From positions 1-44,253 of the IMG/VR virus record IMGVR_UViG_3300044878_000143: a stretch of DNA of 44,253 bases; one strand, written 5' to 3'. The notes under the pieces were generated by a model. The model had not been told where the DNA came from. It saw only the letters and a list, made by a program, of their open reading frames with translations, and ran no database searches. The stretch is from a virus (lineage: Duplodnaviria; Caudoviricetes). Made by a program: the position numbers and the translations under genes. Positions 36,585 through 44,253 of the stretch are shown here, piece by piece; within the stretch, counting starts at the first letter, position 1, and every line of letters starts with the position of its first letter.

Positions 36585-37262
36585 ATGGGTACTTCACATC
36601 GCACCATCGAAACACCAGTGTTCAAGTTCGACCAGCTCAGCGACGAGGCCAAGGCCCGGGCGCTGGACAAGCACCGGAACTGGAACACGCAAGACACTGA
36701 CTGGTGGGACTCGGTCTACGAGGACGCCATCAGGATGGCGGCCATCATGGGCATCGAGATCGACACCCGCCGCCACGGCCACAAAGAGCCGGCCATCTAC
36801 TTCAGCGGCTTCAGCAGCCAGGGCGACGGCGCCTGCTTCGAAGGCTCCTACAGCTACAGGAAGGGCGCCCTCCGCGAGCTGAAGGCAGAGGCCCCAGCCC
36901 GCTACAAGGACCCGCAGACCAAGCAATGGGTCGACGTCCCGGCAAACGCTGAACTGCACCAGATCTGCCGCAACCTGCAGGACGTGCAGAGCCGGCACTT
37001 CTACAAGCTGGAGGCTACGGTCAGGCAGCAAGGCCACTACAACCACAGCGGCTGCACCCACATCGAGGTGACCCACGCTGACTCCATGTACCGTGACATC
37101 GGAGACGCCGAGGACGACATCAAGACCGCCCTGCGCCTGTTCATGGACTGGATCTACGACCGGCTGGAGAAGGAAGACGAGTACCTGACCAGCGACGAGG
37201 CGATCAAGGAAAGTCTGATCGCCAACGAGATGGAGTTCGATGAAGAGGGCAACACGGTATGA
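36585..37262 (+). CDS. Hypothetical protein of a phage/ICE family often labelled 'antitoxin of toxin-antitoxin stability system'
   Basis: FDQLSDEAKARA, WWDSVYED, YFSGFSSQGDGACF, NEMEFDEEG motifs; GGAG RBS. Label recalled, function unverified. Confidence 0.65.
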   Translation: MGTSHRTIETPVFKFDQLSDEAKARALDKHRNWNTQDTDWWDSVYEDAIRMAAIMGIEIDTRRHGHKEPAIYFSGFSSQGDGACFEGSYSYRKGALRELKAEAPARYKDPQTKQWVDVPANAELHQICRNLQDVQSRHFYKLEATVRQQGHYNHSGCTHIEVTHADSMYRDIGDAEDDIKTALRLFMDWIYDRLEKEDEYLTSDEAIKESLIANEMEFDEEGNTV

Positions 37263-37516
37263 AGTTCAAGCAACACCGCGTCATGGTCCGCAACGCCGAC
37301 GGCCAGTGGGTCGAGATCTACCAAGGCCGTCAGGGCGAATGCAACAAGTTCAAGGACGCCATGCGTCTCAGAGACCGCAAGCGGCTGTCGCCGATGGTCA
37401 CCCGCCGGAGTGTTGAGGAATGGCGCGAACTGATGGAACCCCGTGGCAGCCAGGCTACGTCGTCCTCACCGACGAGGACCTGCAGGGCGAGAACCCCTAC
37501 ACCAACCGACGCCTGA
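37259..37516 (+). CDS. Hypothetical protein
   Basis: ATGA overlap; 3' part overlaps the next ORF by 97 nt. Confidence 0.5.
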   Translation: MKFKQHRVMVRNADGQWVEIYQGRQGECNKFKDAMRLRDRKRLSPMVTRRSVEEWRELMEPRGSQATSSSPTRTCRARTPTPTDA

Positions 37517-37620
37517 ACCCCGAGGTGCTCTACAAAAACCTTCAGGCCGTCGCCCTGACCTGCTACCAAAGCGACGACAACATCTCCCTGATACGGCGAC
37601 AAAGCAAACTAATGGAGTGA
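37420..37620 (+). CDS. Hypothetical protein
   Basis: GGAG/GAGGA upstream, coding-like. Confidence 0.5.
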   Translation: MARTDGTPWQPGYVVLTDEDLQGENPYTNRRLNPEVLYKNLQAVALTCYQSDDNISLIRRQSKLME

Positions 37621-37623
37621 ATC

Positions 37624-37944
37624 ATGCCTAAGAAAAAGTTATCTGACGGGACGGTCGTGAAGACCAACCTGATCCCCCGGGATCGGGTCTACTGGGACGA
37701 ACTGACCGAGGCTGAGAAAGCCGAGCTCGACTACATCGAAGGCGAGGAGAATCAGTCTGACTTCTCCGGCTTCCGCTTCAAAGGCAACGTGTGGGACATC
37801 GGCGAGTTCGTCCGCACCGAGGAGGAAGGCCCGCTGCGCAAGGGCGACTGGCATGGTGTGTCCGGCCAGTCGGCGTTCCACGGGGTGGTGGTGCATCTGT
37901 GCGAGAACCATGGCCAGGTCGTGGTCGGGCAGGTGTTCTCATGA
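37624..37944 (+). CDS. Hypothetical protein
   Basis: GGAG RBS. Confidence 0.75.
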   Translation: MPKKKLSDGTVVKTNLIPRDRVYWDELTEAEKAELDYIEGEENQSDFSGFRFKGNVWDIGEFVRTEEEGPLRKGDWHGVSGQSAFHGVVVHLCENHGQVVVGQVFS

Positions 37945-38321
37945 GCTATACAGCCCTCCCCTACGTGTTCGACCTGCTCTACGACATCAAGACGCTGGAG
38001 CAGCTCAACGACCACCTCAGCGGCAAGCAGCGCTGCGCCACCTCCGCCACCGATGCCGAGCTGTATGCCTTGGCCCGTGAGCAGGGTGTGCACTGCAACT
38101 GGACGGCGGAGGTGCCGGCGCCGGACACCGACCATCCTGAGATGTACGGGATGTGCGAGCGCCACCTGAAGCACCCTGAAGGCAATCGCTGCCCCTTCTG
38201 CCGAGCGAGTCGGATGGAAGCCATGCTGGTGCGCCTGACCAAACCGGAGTGCGGCTTGATGCCGGACATCCTCAACGAAGTGAAGCGCACGCTGGAGGAC
38301 ACCGGCCATGTCGACAATTGA
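37941..38321 (+). CDS. Cys/His-rich hypothetical protein (MSYTALP)
   Basis: ATGA overlap; CERH...CPFC. Confidence 0.65.
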   Translation: MSYTALPYVFDLLYDIKTLEQLNDHLSGKQRCATSATDAELYALAREQGVHCNWTAEVPAPDTDHPEMYGMCERHLKHPEGNRCPFCRASRMEAMLVRLTKPECGLMPDILNEVKRTLEDTGHVDN

Positions 38322-38598
38322 CACAATCTTCTACAGCGTCTGCGAAGACTGCTTCAGCATCGTCGCCAACGGCTTCAGCGACCACACCTCGGCGGCCGAG
38401 GATGACCATGTGGAAGCGCGGATGAAGTCTGAGCTGGGCGAGCGCAACGGTCACTGGATCACCGGCGTCGAACCTACTGAGGAGGACCCGGAGGGCAGCG
38501 GCTACGAGGAGTTCACCCGCTGTTCCTGCGAGCTGTGCAACGACACCCGTGGCGGCTCCCGCTACGGCGTCACACTGGTCATTGAGGAGGCGGAATGA
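38308..38598 (+). CDS. Small zinc-binding protein
   Basis: CEDC...CELC; GGAGG RBS. Confidence 0.75.
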   Translation: MSTIDTIFYSVCEDCFSIVANGFSDHTSAAEDDHVEARMKSELGERNGHWITGVEPTEEDPEGSGYEEFTRCSCELCNDTRGGSRYGVTLVIEEAE

Positions 38599-38936
38599 CG
38601 AACTATGCCAACTTCGCCCCGTTCGACGGGGATGGCCGGGTCAAGGTGTACCCGCCAGCCATTCGCTTCCTGCAGACCGGTAGGCCAGAGGGCGTCACCA
38701 ACGCCGTGGCCCGCCGGGTGATCGACGAGTTCGAACGCCACGGCATGTCGAACCACTCGCCGAAGGTCAGCACGCTGTGGGTGTTGATCACCTGGTGCCA
38801 GCGCCACAACAAACCGTTAGAAGTCTGGAAGTGGGAACTGGGCGGCTACAGCATCTTCCTCAACAAAATCCACCAAGGTGTCAGCCAAGAAGGTGGGCAC
38901 AAGGTGCTCAGCCTGGGAGATCTCGATGGACGATAA
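38595..38936 (+). CDS. Hypothetical protein
   Basis: GAGGAGG RBS, ATGA overlap. Confidence 0.7.
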   Translation: MTNYANFAPFDGDGRVKVYPPAIRFLQTGRPEGVTNAVARRVIDEFERHGMSNHSPKVSTLWVLITWCQRHNKPLEVWKWELGGYSIFLNKIHQGVSQEGGHKVLSLGDLDGR

Positions 38937-39120
38937 AGACACGTTCCACACCTTCGGCTACTTCGGTGGTTACATCCACACCTGCCACAACCGCACCAAA
39001 GGGTGCGAGGAAGTGCAGGTCCAGCGCTACGAAGGCGACAAGGCGGTGCGGACCAAGAGTGTGCACGCCGCCAAGTGCCGCATCACCCGCCACAACAACC
39101 AAGAGGGTAACTCCCGATGA
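38926..39120 (+). CDS. Small hypothetical protein (MDDKDTF)
   Basis: GGGAG RBS. Confidence 0.65.
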   Translation: MDDKDTFHTFGYFGGYIHTCHNRTKGCEEVQVQRYEGDKAVRTKSVHAAKCRITRHNNQEGNSR

Positions 39121-39566
39121 ACCTGCAAACTCAATGCGACTTCCTGAACAAGGCACAGATCCAGACGCAGATCTCGCTGCTCAACGACCACTGGCTGGCC
39201 ATGACCTATGGCAGCCACCTGCGCATCGGCACCAAAGAAGGTGGCGAGATCCTGACGACGTGGAACGGCATCGCCGAGGACAGCATCGTCTCCATGGAGC
39301 CGGGCGGCAAGGTGCAGGTCACTCTGTATCACGGTCGCAACACGGTCGACGAGCAGCTGGATGACTGGGGCTTCGGCGCCGAGACCACCGAAGGCTTTGT
39401 CGAGCACCCCACCGCCGACGCGGTACGGCTGACCACCGCCGGCCTATGGCTGCTGGACTTCAGCGGCAAGAAGGCCAAGGCCCGCCTGATTCCCTTCGTC
39501 GCAAAGGACCTGCTGCAGTGGGGCGGCAAGTTCTACGGCGATGTCTCCATCCAAGCCCCGGAGTAA
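39117..39566 (+). CDS. Hypothetical protein
   Basis: ATGA overlap. Confidence 0.7.
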   Translation: MNLQTQCDFLNKAQIQTQISLLNDHWLAMTYGSHLRIGTKEGGEILTTWNGIAEDSIVSMEPGGKVQVTLYHGRNTVDEQLDDWGFGAETTEGFVEHPTADAVRLTTAGLWLLDFSGKKAKARLIPFVAKDLLQWGGKFYGDVSIQAPE

Positions 39567-39569
39567 TTC

Positions 39570-40082
39570 ATGAGCAGCCACACCCTCAAGTGCAAGCCGG
39601 GGCCGTTCGCGGCTCTGGTGTCCGGCGAGAAGACCTCCGAGGTCCGCCGCTGTGACGACCGTGTGTTCAAGGTCGGGCAGACGGTCGAGATCAAGGAGGT
39701 GGACGCCGATGGCATCCCCACCGGCAACAAGCTGTACCGCCGGATCACCCACATCCAGACCGACTATGGCCTGCCCGATAACCTCTGCGTCCTCAGCTAC
39801 GGCAACACCACCCCGGCCGCTGCCTGGCGTGTCGAAGGCGAGGAGGACCCGCACGGCACCCGCTACGACACCGAGCGGGCCGATCTGGTGCTGGGTCATC
39901 TGACCGACGACCAGCTGGCCAACGCGGCGTTTATGGGGTATGACCTGCCGCTGAACATCGACCGGGTCCTTGCCAAGGACCCCAACTACTACACGCCGAT
40001 CGCGCTGATGACGGCGGTTAAAGATCGCCTCCGTTGGCTCAGTCGCAAACTTGAAGAAGCACGGGAGAGTGCCAGTGCCTAA
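39570..40082 (+). CDS. ASCH/DUF3850 (PUA-like) domain protein with an extra C-terminal domain
   Basis: HTLK...FAALVSGEKTSEVRRCDDRVFKVGQ matches the GxKxxExR ASCH motif. Confidence 0.8.
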   Translation: MSSHTLKCKPGPFAALVSGEKTSEVRRCDDRVFKVGQTVEIKEVDADGIPTGNKLYRRITHIQTDYGLPDNLCVLSYGNTTPAAAWRVEGEEDPHGTRYDTERADLVLGHLTDDQLANAAFMGYDLPLNIDRVLAKDPNYYTPIALMTAVKDRLRWLSRKLEEARESASA

Positions 40083-40395
40083 GCCCCAGTCCCAACTCGA
40101 TAGCATCAAGGTCAGCTGCAGCCCGCTGACCAACAACATCCAGCTGTACCGGATGGGTAAGCGATCCAGCGACAACGCGCTGGAAAGCAAGGACGTCACT
40201 ATCGAGGCGGTCGGCGCCCTGATTGACCACCTGATGCGCCTGCCCAACCAGCAGGGCGTGTACACAGGGATCGTCGCCGGCCGCAAGGTAAAATATACGA
40301 TTTCCGTTGTAGAAGAGGAGGTTAGCGATGCGGAAGCGACCCCGAACGGTGTCGGCCAGGCTGCCGGAACCGCTGATGGAGCGGCTGCAGGATGA
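40075..40395 (+). CDS. Hypothetical protein
   Basis: GTG after GGGAG; SPLTNNI motif. Confidence 0.6.
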   Translation: MPKPQSQLDSIKVSCSPLTNNIQLYRMGKRSSDNALESKDVTIEAVGALIDHLMRLPNQQGVYTGIVAGRKVKYTISVVEEEVSDAEATPNGVGQAAGTADGAAAG

Positions 40396-40477
40396 ACTGA
40401 ACCGCACTGGTCAGCTGGCCTCGCACTTGCTGACCAAGGCACTGCAAGAGTACCTGGACCGACAAGGACGTAAGTGA
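40328..40477 (+). CDS. Ribbon-helix-helix (CopG/Arc-like) DNA-binding protein, 49 aa
   Basis: Not in ORF track. GAGGAGG RBS; MRKRPRTVSARLPEPLMERLQDELNRTGQLASHLLTKALQEYLDRQGRK has the RHH strand-helix-G-x-x-x-S-helix pattern. Confidence 0.75.
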   Translation: MRKRPRTVSARLPEPLMERLQDELNRTGQLASHLLTKALQEYLDRQGRK

Positions 40478-40650
40478 TGCGCTATTTCGTAGATGAACCC
40501 CGCCGGATGGTGCGGACCACCGATGACCATGACCCTCGCCCACCGACCCGGTGGGTCGAGGTCAGCTCGGAGGAGTACGACGCCTTCCGAAAAGAAACCC
40601 TGACCTTCAGCCCCAAGAAGCTGAAGCAGTTGAGAACTGAAAATGCCTGA
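40477..40650 (+). CDS. Small hypothetical protein (57 aa, MRYFVDEP)
   Basis: TGATG coupling, AAGGA RBS. Confidence 0.65.
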   Translation: MRYFVDEPRRMVRTTDDHDPRPPTRWVEVSSEEYDAFRKETLTFSPKKLKQLRTENA

Positions 40651-40840
40651 AGAAGCCCGATCTCTGGCCCGGGTCAACAAGATCGCCCAAAACCTGCGCC
40701 GTGCGGCGCGGGACCGGGGCGAGAAGCTGGCCTACAAGAAGTCACTGGAACAGGCCGCGATCCAATGCGGCTTCCCCACCTACAACCACGCAGTGATCGC
40801 GCTGCCACCTAGTGATCCAACCCCCGTTCCTCGGAGCTGA
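40643..40840 (+). CDS. Small helical protein
   Basis: AQNLRR...SLEQAAIQCGFPTYNH; coupled. Confidence 0.65.
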   Translation: MPEEARSLARVNKIAQNLRRAARDRGEKLAYKKSLEQAAIQCGFPTYNHAVIALPPSDPTPVPRS

Positions 40841-40841
40841 T

Positions 40842-41189
40842 ATGACCGTAGACCTGTGCTACCCGAAGTCGAAACAACCCAACGCGCTGTCCGATGTCAG
40901 CTGCGCCCGCGGTGCCCCGATGGGGCGCCGCAGTATCCTCGAAGCGCCGAAGGACTTTGACGGCACCCTGCACCTGACCCTGATGAAGATGGTCGACTAC
41001 TGCTACGACACCGGCGGGGCCTACTGGGGCGGCCCCTCCCCCACCACCGGCTGGATGTACCGCGCCTGGTATTACGCCGACGTCGGCGACGAGGCGGTGC
41101 ACATCGAGATGTTTGTCCGGGGCGTGACCCGCCGCGATGCCAAGCAGCAGGTACAGGCCCAGTTCCCCAAGGCGAGGTTCTACAAATGA
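40842..41189 (+). CDS. Hypothetical protein (GAPMGR / YDTGGAYWG motifs)
   Basis: GGAG RBS before ATG 40842. Confidence 0.75.
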   Translation: MTVDLCYPKSKQPNALSDVSCARGAPMGRRSILEAPKDFDGTLHLTLMKMVDYCYDTGGAYWGGPSPTTGWMYRAWYYADVGDEAVHIEMFVRGVTRRDAKQQVQAQFPKARFYK

Positions 41190-41449
41190 ACCAGAAAGCC
41201 AAGAACCCCGTCGCCCCGCCCGCCAAGCTGGTCAAGCTCGGCCGGGCCATGGCGATCGACCCGTCCACGGTCCTCGCCCTGTACATCAAACAGGACCCGC
41301 CGGACATGGTGGTCTGGATTGCCCGCACCAGCGGGCTGACCATTCGAAAGGAGCAGGTCTACGACAAAGACCTGGAGGCTGCGTTCGAGAAGCTGTTCGA
41401 CGCGGTCAACGCTCTCCGTGAAGACAAAGTACCGGGAGTGCAACCATGA
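41186..41449 (+). CDS. Hypothetical protein
   Basis: ATGA overlap. Confidence 0.65.
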   Translation: MNQKAKNPVAPPAKLVKLGRAMAIDPSTVLALYIKQDPPDMVVWIARTSGLTIRKEQVYDKDLEAAFEKLFDAVNALREDKVPGVQP

Positions 41450-41754
41450 CCGAACGCCAAGCCCGCCTGCAACAGATCCGCGAGGACGCCCTTGAGTTGC
41501 TGGACAGGTCCCGTGAAGAGCAGCTGCGCCAGCTGGACATCCTGCTGGAGCGCAACGGCGACACCATCCTGAACAACGACAGCGAAGGCCCGATGGCCAT
41601 GCCGAAGAACATCGTGGTGGCGCTGCACCTGTACCAAGCCTGGCAGTGGGGCCCGTCCGGCTGCCGCATCCAGATCAGCACGTCGAGCAGCGCCAGCAAC
41701 ATCAGCAAGCGCGCCCGGTCATTCATCGAAGTGATACGGAGGTATTTGCCGTGA
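41446..41754 (+). CDS. Hypothetical protein
   Basis: GGGAG RBS, ATGA overlap. Confidence 0.7.
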   Translation: MTERQARLQQIREDALELLDRSREEQLRQLDILLERNGDTILNNDSEGPMAMPKNIVVALHLYQAWQWGPSGCRIQISTSSSASNISKRARSFIEVIRRYLP

Positions 41755-41963
41755 ATATCGAGAAGGCGATGCAGCTCAAGGTCGGCGACGTTGTGCACTG
41801 CCCGGCGGATCGTGGCGACCCGGCCTACAAGGGCAAGGTCACGCACAACTGCAACAGCTCCAAGACGGTGGCCAAGGCGTTCGGCACCGGCGAGGAGTAC
41901 ATCTGGGTCGAGGTTCAAGGCCCGTACCACAAGACCATGTGGCCGTCCAACCGGCTGGGGTAA
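41751..41963 (+). CDS. Small beta-rich (SH3-like) protein
   Basis: GGAGG RBS, GTGA overlap; LKVGDVV...YKGKVT. Confidence 0.65.
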   Translation: MNIEKAMQLKVGDVVHCPADRGDPAYKGKVTHNCNSSKTVAKAFGTGEEYIWVEVQGPYHKTMWPSNRLG

Positions 41964-41965
41964 TC

Positions 41966-42181
41966 ATGACAGTCAGCATCCACGTCAGCATTGACAGCAA
42001 CAACAACGCGGCCTTCGCCGATCAGCCAGCCACCGAAGTGGCCCGCATCATGCGAGAAGTCGCCAAGCGCCTGGAAGACGGTGACTACCCAGACGGCAAC
42101 GTGCCGCTCCGTGACGTCAACGGCAACAAGTGCGGGTTCTTCAGCTACATCGACGACGGCCAAGACGCCGACGACGAATAA
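41966..42181 (+). CDS. Hypothetical protein (NAAF...EVARI...LRDVNGNKCG)
   Basis: ATG two nt after the upstream stop. Confidence 0.7.
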   Translation: MTVSIHVSIDSNNNAAFADQPATEVARIMREVAKRLEDGDYPDGNVPLRDVNGNKCGFFSYIDDGQDADDE

Positions 42182-42203
42182 ACCCTAGCAATCCAATCCT
42201 AAA

Positions 42204-42241
42204 GCACGGATACTTCGCCACTTGGCGAGGTATCCCTGTGC
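42204..42241. repeat. Intergenic hairpin containing the recurring 14-bp palindrome
   Basis: GCAC-GGATACTTCGCC-ACTT-GGCGAGGTATCC-CT-GTGC. Confidence 0.7.
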
Positions 42242-42260
42242 CCGAAATTTGAGGTGCAGC

Positions 42261-42611
42261 ATGATTCTGACCCAACGCAAGATCGACAACGTCGACGTAG
42301 TAACCCTGATCGGCGCGATGCTGGCAGCCAATGTCGCGGAAGACCGGCTGCCTGAAGGGGAGATCGCCCGGATCAGCGCTCCGGAGACCGGAGCGTTCTA
42401 CCCCGTGACGACGGCTGCCCTCCGTCTGATCGCTGAGATGCACCGCCAGAGCGAGGATGACTGGGACGGCGTGGTGTGGATGGAGCGGTTTGAGAACACC
42501 AACCGCGGATCGCTCGCTGACACGCTGGTCGAGTTCCTGATTGATCACGACCCGAAAGTAGAAGAAGTACGCCCGGTAATCGTTGCCTGGCTGCAAGACC
42601 GAAGCCTTTAA
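42261..42611 (+). CDS. Hypothetical protein (MILTQRK)
   Basis: GAGGT RBS. Confidence 0.7.
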   Translation: MILTQRKIDNVDVVTLIGAMLAANVAEDRLPEGEIARISAPETGAFYPVTTAALRLIAEMHRQSEDDWDGVVWMERFENTNRGSLADTLVEFLIDHDPKVEEVRPVIVAWLQDRSL

Positions 42612-42653
42612 CCCACACGACAAGGACGCCCCGTGGCGCCTAAGGATTTTTTG

Positions 42654-44253
42654 ATGCGTGACATCAACGCTTACCCTATCCCAGCCGGCTATCGCTGGAT
42701 CAATGGCAAGGTCGCTGACAACTTCGCAGGCGGCGGTGGCGCTTCCACCGGCATCGCCCAAGCCCTCGGCAAATCCCCCGACATCGCGGTGAATCACAAC
42801 GCTGAAGCGCTGATGATGCACGAGCAGAACCACCCCGAGACCAAGCACTTCAACGAGTCGGTGTGGGACATCAACATCCCCAAAGCATTGAATGGCGAAC
42901 CGGCCCTGATGGGCTGGTTCTCCCCGGACTGCACCCACTTCTCGGTGGCCAAGGGCGGCAAGCCGGTGAAGAAAGCCATCCGTGGCTTGGCCTGGATCGT
43001 CAAGAAGTGGGTCGGCCAGTCCGACATGGGCATGGTCTTCATGGAGAACGTCAAAGAGTTCATGACGTGGGGCCCGCTGATCGCCAAGCGCTGCAAGGAC
43101 ACCAAGCGGGTCATCCGCCTGGTCGCCGACCCGGTGAAGAAGGACAAGAACGGCGACCCGGTGATGCTCGAGGTGGTCAGCGAGCCGGGCGAGTACGTTC
43201 CCTACTGGGAGCAGGCACTGGTGCCGGACAAGAAGCGCGCCGGGAAGACCTTCAAGCAGTTCATCAAGCAGCTGGAAGCCGCCGGCTACACCGTCGAGTG
43301 GAAGGAAAAGGGCCTGAACGCCTGTGACTATGGTGACCCGACCACCCGCAACCGCTTCTTCCTGATGGCCCGCAAGGACGGGCTGCCAATCATCTGGCCG
43401 GAGCCGACCCACGCTGACAAGAAGTTCGTCAAGGCCAACCCGGGCAAGCTGCAGCCGTGGAAGACCGCCGGTGACAACCTCGACTTCAGCCTGCCCTGCC
43501 CGTCGATCTTCGACCGCAAGAAACCGCTGGCCGAGAAGACCTTGGCCCGCATCTTCAAGGGCATCCAGAAGTTCGTGATCGGCGCCGGGGACGAAGCGTT
43601 CCTCGTCAAGACCAACCACGGCGGCAACGACTTCCGGGGTCAGCCGCTGGACGAGCCGATCGCCACCATGACCAGCAAGTTGGGCACCGGCCTGGCCGCT
43701 GTCTCGCTGGTTCGTGACTTCAGCGAAGTGGAAGACCGGCTGCAGTCCGCTGCCGCCGTCATGAAATTCCGCGGTGACTCCGGCGGCGCCAGCATGAACG
43801 CCCCGCTGCCGTGCATCACCGCCGGTGGAGGCGCCGCCCGCCCTGCCGGTGCACCGCATGCCCTCGGCGTGCTGGAGACCAAGCTGGAGCTGGTACAGGC
43901 CGGCTGCATCGCCACCATCGACCACCAAAGCACCGGCGACACGTCACAGTCGTGGGCTGACCCGCTGTCCACCGTGACCAGCAAAGCCCGGCACATCCAA
44001 GTGGCCGCCCTGCTCAAGCATTACACCGGCGTCGTTGGCCAGACCCTGGACCTGCCGCTGCCGACCATCACCGCCAAGGATCACAACTCGGTGATGGAAT
44101 GCACGCTGGAAGGCATCGACCCGGCGCGGGATCTGGACGACGCCATCGAAGTGGCCCACATCCAGCGTGACTTCGGCAACAGCGTCGGCCACGCCGCCGA
44201 CGAACCACTGGGGGTGATCACCGCCGGTGGCGGTGGCAAGTCGGCTGTCGTCG
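42654..44253 (+). CDS. DNA cytosine-C5 methyltransferase, truncated by window end
   Basis: Not in ORF track (no stop). Motif I DNFAGGGG, motif IV FSPDCTHFS, motif VI MENV, motif VIII YGDPTTRNRFF; TAAGGA RBS. Confidence 0.92.
   Translation, partial: MRDINAYPIPAGYRWINGKVADNFAGGGGASTGIAQALGKSPDIAVNHNAEALMMHEQNHPETKHFNESVWDINIPKALNGEPALMGWFSPDCTHFSVAKGGKPVKKAIRGLAWIVKKWVGQSDMGMVFMENVKEFMTWGPLIAKRCKDTKRVIRLVADPVKKDKNGDPVMLEVVSEPGEYVPYWEQALVPDKKRAGKTFKQFIKQLEAAGYTVEWKEKGLNACDYGDPTTRNRFFLMARKDGLPIIWPEPTHADKKFVKANPGKLQPWKTAGDNLDFSLPCPSIFDRKKPLAEKTLARIFKGIQKFVIGAGDEAFLVKTNHGGNDFRGQPLDEPIATMTSKLGTGLAAVSLVRDFSEVEDRLQSAAAVMKFRGDSGGASMNAPLPCITAGGGAARPAGAPHALGVLETKLELVQAGCIATIDHQSTGDTSQSWADPLSTVTSKARHIQVAALLKHYTGVVGQTLDLPLPTITAKDHNSVMECTLEGIDPARDLDDAIEVAHIQRDFGNSVGHAADEPLGVITAGGGGKSAVV

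Noticed and set aside
36585-37516. Toxin-antitoxin pair
   Set aside because: The 'antitoxin' label is an unverified family annotation and no toxin motif is recognisable nearby.
42141-43928. 595-aa minus-strand ORF (also 26405-27625 and 31141-32367)
   Set aside because: Antisense to the methyltransferase and other coupled plus-strand genes.

Overview
About 44 kb of a high-GC tailed (siphovirus-like) phage genome, in two divergent arms that meet at a ~900-bp non-coding region (20.6-21.5 kb). No integrase, lysis cassette or CRISPR array is visible. The left arm (minus strand) is a virion morphogenesis module: HU/IHF-like gene, probable small terminase, lambda-gpA-type large terminase, portal, S49 protease with a nested scaffold, decoration protein, major capsid, head-tail proteins, tail tube, frameshifted tail chaperones, 1761-aa tape measure and gpM/gpL-like tail tip genes. 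Upstream of it lie three tRNAs (Gln-TTG, Met-CAT, Asp-GTC) and a candidate Acb2/Tad1-like anti-defence gene. The right arm (plus strand) starts at a sigma70-type promoter and a ~650-nt heavily base-paired leader carrying two boxA antitermination elements. About 55 tightly coupled small genes follow, including a TAXI-type solute-binding protein, an ASCH/DUF3850 protein, a ribbon-helix-helix protein missing from the ORF track, and a C5 DNA methyltransferase that runs off the window. The main unexplained signals are the boxA-bracketed structured leader, a recurring 14-bp palindrome at gene and operon boundaries, a gene with one in-frame amber codon, and a G4-prone non-coding region at 24.0-24.5 kb. 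All protein family calls come from motif recognition and synteny; no searches were run.
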